Source: Eledone cirrhosa (Eukaryota). Taken from it: a stretch of DNA of 64,000 nucleotides. Below, piece by piece: positions 54,617 to 64,000 of the stretch (position 1 is its first letter; every line of letters begins with the position of its first letter). The notes under the pieces were generated by a model. The model was not told the DNA's origin. It did not search any database and was given only the letters and a program-made list of their open reading frames with translations. A program made the position numbers and the translations under genes. The DNA is taken from assembly GCA_964016885.1 (NCBI GenBank), contig OZ024751.1, positions 20,832,001 through 20,896,000 of the forward strand. The letters run 5' to 3'.

Positions 54617-54623
<7 letters not shown>
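54260..54623. mobile_element. Fold-back element family F in (TA)n
   Basis: ~150-bp arms 54298-54448 and 54473-54623; loop contains GCCCGAAATATTGGG. Confidence 0.65.
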
Positions 54624-54668
<45 letters not shown>

Positions 54669-55064
54669 CCTTTTCCCAATATGTTCTTTAATTTTTAAGA
54701 CGGTAGAGTGTGATGCACGTGAGATTTGGCTGCTACTTCTAGCCGGTCGATTGAGCACATAGAGGCACTTAATCTCGGACTGGCTGTATTCTGGTTATAT
54801 GGTAGTGGTAATGTTAGTGGATGTGGGTATTGTGAGGGTGGGGGTAGTGGTGAGTTCTTAATTCACCTCCCCTTTTTGCACCTACTCTTATCGCTTCTTC
54901 TTCTTCTTCTTCTTCTTCTTCTTCTTCTTCTTCTTCTTCTCACCCCTCCTCTCTAATTGTTACCTTGCTTGGTAAATAAAATGTTTGATAACCTAAGATG
55001 ATATTTTATCCGAAGTCAACATAGTAAATGGCCGTGGCTAATGTGGGGGAGATTTTGTTGAGGG

Positions 55065-57912
55065 GTTAGTGGTGGTGGTGGTGGTGATGTTGGTGGTGGT
55101 AGTAGTGGTGGTAGTGATAGTGGTGGTGGTGGTAGAGGTGGTGGTGTTGGTGGTAGTAGTGTTGAGGTTGGTGGTGGTGGTCGTGGTGGTGCTCGTGGTG
55201 GTGGTTGTGTTAGTGTTGGTGGGGTGGTGGTATGTAGTGGTGGTGGTGGTGGTATGTAGTGGTGGTAGCGGTGGTTGTGATTGTGGAGATAGTGGTTTTG
55301 GGAGGTTGTGGAGGTTGTGGTAGTGATGGAGGTGCTGGGGTTTGTTGTTGTGGTGGTGGTGGTGGTGTTGGAGTTGTTGGTATTGATAGTAGACATGGTG
55401 GTGATGGTGATGATGGTGGTGGTGGTGGTGATGGTGGTGATGGTGATGGTGGTGGTGGTGCTTGCAGTTGATACTAGGATGGAAGAAGAGAAAGAAGAGA
55501 GTATGAGACAGAAGTGAGTGAGAGGGAGAGAGAGAGAGAGCAGAAGGTAATTTGTTGAGAGGGGAAGGGGAGGTGTGCAGTCATGATGTTTTTGTTTGTT
55601 TATGTTGTTTTTTTCTTTTTGCTGACAAAACAGTAAAAGTGCCAAACATGGATGCCACAACAACTCTGATTTAGTTGTCCGGTAGTGGTGGTGGTGGTGG
55701 TGGTGGTAGAGGTGTTGGTGGTGGTAGTGGTGGTAGTGGTGGTGGTGGTGGTGGTAGTGGTAGTGGTGGTGGTGGTAGTGGTAGAGGTGGTAGTGGTGGT
55801 ATTGGTGGTGGTAGTGGTGGTGTTGGTGGTGGTAGTGGTGGTAGTGGTAGTGTTGTTGGTGGTGTGATGGCGGTGCTACGGCGCTGGTGACGGTGGTGAG
55901 GTGGCGTTGAACTGTGTTGATTAAGACAAACTTCAGATGTTAAAACAAGATAGTATTTATTTGGTCGAGGAAAACCTGCTAAAGAGTAGTTCGGTCGTTG
56001 GTAACAAGTGACAGGATTAAGTTTGTAGTTTCTTGGTGGTGGTGGTGGTGGTGGTGGTGGTGGTGGTGGTGGTGGTGGTGGTGGTGATATGGTGGTGGTG
56101 CTGGTGGTGGTGGTGGTACAGCAGTGGTGGTATGGTGGTCGTGATGGTGGTGGTGGTGATATGGTGGTGGTGCTGGTGGTGGTGGTGGTGGTACAGCAGT
56201 GGTGGTATGGTGGTCGTGATGGTGGTACAGCAGTGGTGGTGGTGGTGGTGGTACAGCAGTGGTGGTATGGTGGTCGTGATGGTGGGGTGGTGGTGGTACA
56301 GCTGTGGTTGTGGTGGTATGGTGGTGGTGATGGTGGTGATGGTGGTGATGGTGGTACAGCAGTGTTGGTGGTGGTACAGCGGTGGTTGTGGTTGTGGTGG
56401 TATGGTGGCCGTGATGGTGGTGGTACAGCAGTGGTGGTATGGTGGTCGTGATGTTGGTGGTGGTGGTACAGCTGTGGTGGTGGTATGGTGGTGGTGATAG
56501 TGATGATGGTGGTGATGGTGGTACTGCAGTGGTGGTGGTGGTGGTACAGCAGTGGTGGTGGTGGTACAGCGGTGGTTGTGGTTGTGGTGGTATGGTGGTC
56601 GTGATGGTGGTGGTGGTGGTGGTGGTGGTATGGTGGTGGTAGTATTGTTGTGGTGGTGTTGGTGGTAGTATGGGATGACGGTTGTATGGTTGTGGTTGTG
56701 GTGGTGGTGATGTTTGTATGGTTATAGTTGTGGTGTGGTAGTGGTAGTATTGTTGTCGTCGTGTTGTTGGTAGTATTGCTGTGGTGGTGTTGGTGGTAGT
56801 ATTGTTGTGGTGGTGTTGGTGGTAGTATTGTGGTGGTGTTGGTGCTAGTATGAGGATGATGGTTGTATGGTTGTGGTTGTGGTTGTTATTGTGGGTATGG
56901 ACAAGATGACGAAAGCTTTGCTCCGAAGAGCAACCAACGATAGCCGCTACAGGTCTCAGTTGAGATATACCATCCACCTAAGCTTGTTTAGTTTATCCCG
57001 TGAGTGGGAATGGCTCATGTAGCGGTTATCGCTGGCTTTTCTTCTAGGCAAAGCTCTCGCCATCATGTCCAAAGTGTTCAGCTAAAATATGCAATGTCTA
57101 GCCAAAAATATAGAGTTCATCCCGTAAAGGGGTACGGCGCATATAGCGGGTATCGCTGGCTGTTTCTTGAGGCAATGCTCTCACCATCTTCTCCGTAAGG
57201 TTCGTCTAAAATATGTAATGTCTAGCTAAGAGTACAGAGTTCATCCCGTAAAGTGGTACGGCGCATATAGCGGATATCGCTGGCTGTTTCTTGAGGCAAT
57301 ACTCTCACCATCATGTCCGCCAAGCTCAACTGAGATATAACCTCCACTCAAGTGAGATAAGTTTGCCCTCCTCCAATGTTTTTCCCACCTTTTTTCTTTA
57401 TTGGCTGTTTTTTTTTCTTGTATTTTCTCTCTTTATTTTTGGCATTATGAGTTTGTTCGTTTATTGTTCTGTTGTGTGTGTGTGTGTATTATATGTGTGT
57501 GTGTATGTGTTGTGTGTGTGTGTTAAATGTATTGAGTGTGTTAATTGCGTGTGTGTGTGCGTCAGAGGGGCGGGCGTGAGGGGAGAAAGAAAGAGAAAGG
57601 GGGAGAAAGAGAAGAAGAGAAAAAGAGAGTGGTTTATGTTAGTTTAAAGGTTGATTATATTACAAGGTCACAACACCATGATCACCAACACCACCACCAT
57701 CATCACCACAGCTAACACCACAGCCACCACGAACACAAACACTACACCACAACCACCACAAACACCTCCACCACCACCACCACCACCAGAAACACCACTA
57801 TTACCACCACAAACACCAGCACCACCACCAGAAACACCACTATACCACCACTACCACCACAAACACCACCACCACAACCACCACCACAACCACCATCACA
57901 AACACCAGCACC

Positions 57913-57943
<31 letters not shown>

Positions 57944-58104
57944 CCAGAAACACCACTATACCACCACTACCACTACAAGCACGACAAATACCACGATAAC
58001 CACAAAAACCACAACCGCAACCACAACTATAAATACCTCCAACACTACAACCCCCCTCCCCCTCCCTATCACCCCATCCCCACCACTCCACCCCATCATC
58101 CCAC

Positions 58105-58135
<31 letters not shown>

Positions 58136-58720
58136 CGACGACAACAACAGCACAACATAATGAGCTGTTAGTCATTGTTTGTTTTCTGAAAATAAATAAA
58201 CTTTTCTTTTGTCCAATATTTTTACTTTCTTTGTTATTGGGAGAGGTTGTGGTGGTTATGGTGGTGGGCTGGTGGTGGTGGTGGTAGTAGTGGGGGTGGG
58301 GGGTGGGGTGCTGGTGGGGGGGGGGGGGGGGTTGATGGGGGGGGGGGGGGGGTAATGTTGGTGGTGGAAGGGGTTGTGGGGGTGTTTGTGGTGGTGATCG
58401 TCGTCCTGGTGGCGATGATGGTGATGGTGGTGGTGGTGGTCGTCGTCGTCCTGGTGGCGATGATGGTGATGGTGGTGGTGGTGGTGGTGGTGGCGATGGT
58501 TATAATGGTGGTGACTGTGTTGGTGGTAGTGGTAGTGGTGGTGGTGGTGGTGGTGGTGGTGGTGGTGGTGGTGGTTATAATGGTGGTGACTGTGGTGGTG
58601 GTAGTGGTAGTGGCGATGATGGTGATGGTGGTGGTGGTGGTGGTGGCGATGGTTATAATGGTGGTGACTGTGGTGGTGGTAGTGGTGGTGGTGGTGGTGG
58701 TGGTGGTGGTGGTTGAGGTA
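55065..58720. repeat. Several (GGT)n/(CAC)n tracts including a GGTACAGCAGTGGTGGTATGG minisatellite (56100-56620); ~124-bp tandem repeat at 57015-57320
   Basis: Direct inspection; GAGTTCATCCCGTAAAG at ~57113 and ~57237. Confidence 0.85.
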
Positions 58721-58880
58721 GTCAGGATGGTATAATGGTATGATTTATAGAGGTGAAAGGTTATAGATGTCAAACCGTAGCAACTATACATACAACTTAC
58801 AAACCTAATCTGCGTATATATATATATATGTGTGTGTATATATATATATATATACATATACATCCACACATATATATATA

Positions 58881-58920
<40 letters not shown>

Positions 58921-58924
58921 CATC

Positions 58925-58964
<40 letters not shown>

Positions 58965-59225
58965 CATCCATACATATATATATATATGTCCATATATATA
59001 TATATGTATGAACATATATATATGTGTGATACATACATATATATATATATATGTATATATATGTATGTACATATATATATATATATGTATATATATGTAT
59101 GTACATATATATATATATGTACATATAAATATAAATATATGTGTGTGTGTGTGTGTGTGAATAAATGTACATACACACATACACTCACACACTGTTATAT
59201 ACATATATATTACATATATGATATG

Positions 59226-59260
<35 letters not shown>

Positions 59261-59344
59261 TTCAAGAATGAGACAAACAGAGAGGCCAAGTGAATGTCTT
59301 ATTAGGTTCACACACACACGTATAAATATATAACGGTTTGTCTT

Positions 59345-59480
59345 AGAGTTACGGCCCTTTATGGTCTGAGTTCAAATCCCGCCGAGGTTAACTTTGCCTT
59401 TCATCCTTACGGGGTCAATAAAATAAAGTACCAGTAATACACTGGGATAATTGCTGGCCTTGTTCCAAAAGTAGAAACAT
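59345..59480 (+). mobile_element. 5'-truncated SINE (major family)
   Basis: GAGTTCAAATCCCGCCGAGGTTAACTTTGCCTTTCATCC. Confidence 0.8.
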
Positions 59481-59886
59481 TTATTTTACTTTACTTGGAC
59501 TACCTTTATTTTCTGTATCTATCCTTTTGATCCTGTCCTATTCTTGTACCCCCGAAGAAGGGCTAAAGCCCGACACGTCGACCTTTCTTTCCCCTTTTCC
59601 ATATAAAGCGTGAAAATAATAAGACTTTTTGTACCTCTGTTTGTTGTTTCTTTGAAATACACTCACTCTCTCTCTCACACACACATTATATATATATATA
59701 TATATAGAATACATATCTAAACACATACATATATACATGTGTGTAAATATATATATACACACACACACACACACATATATACATGTGTGTAAATATATAT
59801 ATACACACACACACATATATACATGTGTGTAAATATATATATATACACACACACACATATATACATGTGTGTAAATATATATATAT

Positions 59887-59967
<81 letters not shown>

Positions 59968-59973
59968 TATGAA

Positions 59974-60004
<31 letters not shown>

Positions 60005-60026
60005 GATGGACTCGCCAAAGACTCCC

Positions 60027-60183
60027 ATATAGGGTACAAGGTAGATAGGGTACAAGGTAGATAGGGTACAAGGTAGAAAGGGTACAGGGTAGATAGGGTA
60101 CAGGGTAGATAGGGTACAGGGTAGATAGGGTACAGGGTAGATAAGGTACAAAGTACATAGGTTACAAGGTAGACAGGGTACAA
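60027..60183. repeat. 16-bp minisatellite GTAGATAGGGTACARG, ~9-10 units
   Basis: Direct inspection. Confidence 0.9.
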
Positions 60184-60253
60184 GAGTGTGGGTTACTAGA
60201 CAATCTAGCTGGTACTATTGTGGATGCTTTTATTAATTGCTTCTACTTTGGGC

Positions 60254-60453
60254 NNNNNNNNNNNNNNNNNNNNNNNNNNNNNNNNNNNNNNNNNNNNNNN
60301 NNNNNNNNNNNNNNNNNNNNNNNNNNNNNNNNNNNNNNNNNNNNNNNNNNNNNNNNNNNNNNNNNNNNNNNNNNNNNNNNNNNNNNNNNNNNNNNNNNNN
60401 NNNNNNNNNNNNNNNNNNNNNNNNNNNNNNNNNNNNNNNNNNNNNNNNNNNNN
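60254..60453. other. Assembly gap (200 N)
   Basis: Run of N. Confidence 1.
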
Positions 60454-62965
60454 TGTAGAGGTGGTGGTAGTGGTAGTGGCGGTGGTGCTGGTGGGTGTAG
60501 AGGTGGTGGTAGTGGTAGTGGCGGTGGTGCTGGTGGGTGTAGAGGTGGTGGTAGGGGTAGTGGCGGTGGTGGTGGTGGGGGTAGAGGTGGTGGTAGGGGT
60601 AGTAGTGGTGGTGGTAGTGGTAGTGGCGGTGGTGGTGGTGGGTGTAGAGGTGGTGGTAGTGGTAGTGGCGGTGGTGGTGGTGGGTGTAGAGGTGGTGGTA
60701 GGGGTAGTAGTGGTGGTGGTGGTGGTAGTGGCGGTGGTGGTGGTGGGAGTAGAGGTGGTGGTAGGGGTAGTAGTGGTGGTGGTGGTGGTAGTGGCGGTGG
60801 TGGTGGTGGGTGTAGAGGTGGTAGTAGGGGTAGTAGTGGTGGTGGTAGTGGTAGTGGCGGTGGTGCTGGTGGCGGGATAGAGGTGGTGGTAGGGGTAGTA
60901 GTGGTGGCGGTAGTGGTAGTAGGATAGTACTAGTGGGGGTGGTGTAGTGGGGGTGGTATGGTGGGTGTAGGGTAGTAGTAGTAGTGGAGGTGGTGGCGGT
61001 AATGGTGTTGGTAGTGGTGGTGGTGGTGGTTGTGGTAGTAGTAGTAGAGGTGGTGGTAGTGATTGGTGGTGGTGGTGGTGGTGGTGGTAGAGATGGTGGT
61101 GATAGTGGTGATGGTGGTTGTTGTTGTGGTGGTAGCGATGATGATGGAGGTGATTGTGGTGTTGTGGTGGTTGTGGTGTTAGCGGTGATGATGGAGGTGG
61201 TAATGGTTGTAGCGGTGATGGTGGAGGTGATTGTGGTGATGATGGTGATGGTAGTGGTGGTGGTAGTGGTGATGATGGTGGTGGTATTGGTGATGATGGT
61301 GATGGTGGTAGTGGTGGTAGTGGTGATGGTAGTGGTGGTGATGGTAGCAGTAGTGGTGATGATGGTAGCAGTAGTGGTGATGATGGTGATGGTAGTGGTG
61401 GTGATGGTAGTAGTGGTAGCGGTGGTGATGATGGTGATGTTGGTAGTGGTGGTAGTGGTGATGGTGGTAGCAGTAGTGGTGATGATGGTAGCAGTAGTGG
61501 TGATAATGGTGATGGTAGTGGTGGTGATGGTAGTAGTGGTAGCGGTGGTGATGATGGTGATGTTGGTAGTGGTGGTAGTGGTGATGGTGGTAATGGTGAT
61601 GGTAGTGGTGGTGATGGTAGCAGTAGTGGTGATGATGGTAGCAGTAGTGGTGATGATGGTGATGGTAGTGGTGGTGACGGTAGTAGTGGTTGTGGTGGTG
61701 ATGATGGTGATGTCGGTAGTGGTGGTAGTGGTGATGGTGGTAATGGTGATGGTAGTAGTGGTAGTGGTGGTGATGATGGTGATGGTGGTAGTAGTGGTAG
61801 TGGTGATGGTAGTGGTGGTGGTGGTAGTAGTAGTGGTAGTGGTGGTGACCATGATACAATATTTTCAGCTATATACAAAACTGAATTTTTGGCCGACATT
61901 TTGAAAGTAGGTTACGTTCTCTATCGTAGTAATGGTGTTAGTGATGGTGATGATGGTAGTGGCTTTGATACACTGATGGTGGCGATGGTGGTGATGATGA
62001 GGATGGTGGTGATGATGAGGATGGTGGTGATGGTGTTAGTGATGGTGGTGATGGTGTTAGTGATGGTGGTGATGGTGTTACTGATGGTGATGATGGTAGT
62101 GGTTTTGATACACTGATGGTGGCGATGGGGTTGATGATGTTGGTGATGGTGATGATGGTAGTGGCTTTGATACACTGATGGTGGCGATGGTGGTGATGAT
62201 GAGGATGGTGGTGATGGTGTTAGTGATGGTGGTGATGGTGGCGATGGTGGTGATGGTGTTACTGATGGTGATGATGGTAGTGGTTTTGATACACTGATGG
62301 TGGCGATGGGGTTGATGATGTTGGTGATGGTGATGATGGTAGTGGCTTTGATACACTGATGGTGGCGATGGTGGTGATGATGAGGATGGTGGTGATGGTG
62401 TTAGTGATGGTGGTGATGGTGGCGATGGTGGTGATGGTGTTACTGATGGTGATGATGGTAGTGGTTTTGATACACTGATGGTGGCGATGGGGTTGATGAT
62501 GTTGGTGATGGTGATGATGGTAGTGGCTTTGATACACTGATGGTGGCGATGGTGGTGATGATGAGAATGGTGGTGATGGTGTTAGTGATGGTGGTGATGG
62601 TGGCGATGGTGGTGATGGTGTTACTGATGGTGATGATGGTAGTGGTTTTGATACACTGATGGTGGCGATGGGGTTGATGATGTTGGTGATGGTGATGATG
62701 GTAGTGGCTTTGATACACTGATGGTGGCGATGGTGGTGATGATGAGGATGGTGGTGATGGTGTTAGTGATGGTGGTGATGGTGGCGATGGTGGTGATGGT
62801 GTTACTGATGGTGATGATGGTAGTGGTTTTGATACACTGATGGTGGCGATGGGGTTGATGATGTTGGTGATGGTGATGATGGTAGTGATGGTGGTGATGG
62901 TGTTAGTGATGGTGATGATGGTAGTGGTTTTCATACTCTGATGGTGGCGATGGGGTTGATGATGG
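60454..62965. repeat. (GGT/GAT/AGT)n tracts; 181-bp higher-order tandem repeat at ~61960-62960
   Basis: TTGATACACTGATGGTGGCGATGG recurs twice per unit; repeated ORFs ending at 62078, 62259 and 62440 give a 181-bp period. Confidence 0.9.
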
Positions 62966-63071
62966 TGCATTTGATTACGACAGCAACGCTAGGGGGGTCT
63001 GTGTCTAAGACACCATACACATACATATTATATATGTATTTGTATATATATATATATATGTGTATGTGTAT

Positions 63072-63103
<32 letters not shown>

Positions 63104-63168
63104 TTATATATATATACATATATATGTATATATATTTATATAATATGTATATATATATGTATTAATAC

Positions 63169-63219
<51 letters not shown>

Positions 63220-63434
63220 TATGTATGCATACGTACATACATATATGTATGCAGACGTACAGTAGTATGTATATATATATATATATACATACATGTACAT
63301 ATATATATATATGTACATATCGGTTTACCGAACATTTATTATAATGTTCGGTTTGTTTGTAAACAAATAGCCCGAATTAAGCCGTACAGTGTCTAGCAAC
63401 CATTGTTGCTCTTTTGTTCAACACTGACAAAGGA

Positions 63435-63477
63435 ACGATGTACTAGTTTCAAGCTTATTAGCTATCGTCAGCATCGT
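63435..63477 (-). ncRNA. Minimal type I hammerhead motif, intact
   Basis: Minus strand ACGATG-CTGACGA-TAGCT-AATA-AGCTT-GAAA-CTAG-TA-CATCGT; perfect 6-bp helix I, helix III palindrome ACTAGT. Confidence 0.8.
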
Positions 63478-64000
63478 ATACCTTCCTGCCAGATAATTGA
63501 ACGTCTGAAAGTATATACTTTTTAAGTAACTGCCGTACTAAGAGTGAGAAATGAAATTTCGTTTCATTTTTTCCATTTATATATATATATATTTATAAAT
63601 GTATATATTTATAAATGTATATATACATATACACATATATATTTCTCTCTCTCTCTTTCTTTATACATACACATATATATATATATATATATATATTTAT
63701 TATAATGCTCGGTGTGTTTGTAAACAAACATCCCGTATTAAGCCGTAGTGTCTAGCAGCCATCGCTGCTCGTTTGTTCAACACTGACAAAAGAACGCTTA
63801 TATTTAAGTAACAGCCGTACTAAGAGTGGGAAATGAAATTTCGTTTCATTTTTTCCGTTTATATATATATATATATATATTATATACACACATACATTTA
63901 TAAATACATACATATACATATCAAACGATATTAGATATCTCAGAAATCAGATATATATCAAAGGGGGTAATATATGACTACGACAACATTCTTTACTAAA

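Overview
AT-rich, microsatellite-saturated eukaryotic non-coding DNA. The SINE repertoire and repeat landscape look like an octopus (coleoid cephalopod) genome; this is inferred from recalled repeat families, not from a search. No host protein-coding exon is convincingly visible, and nearly all listed ORFs are translations of (TA)n, (CA)n, (GGT)n, (GAT)n or (GTT)n tracts. Real coding remnants are all non-LTR retrotransposon pieces: an uninterrupted RTE reverse-transcriptase 3' part (14471-15441, minus), an R4/Dong-like CCHC plus restriction-like endonuclease end (38805-39398), an L1/Tx1-like 3' end and several decayed RTE ends. The window also holds many tRNA-derived SINEs, a bipartite RTE-derived element, hAT/pogo/mariner-type MITEs, several minisatellites and a 200-N gap. 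The most striking pattern is about a dozen short fold-back (inverted-repeat) elements plus related direct fragments from several sequence families, almost all within or beside (TA)n tracts. Many carry complete or partial type I hammerhead ribozyme motifs with palindromic helix III, the signature of Penelope-like retroelements and retrozymes. These include a natural U3-A8 core variant and copies with covarying helices. Boundaries were read by eye and are approximate.
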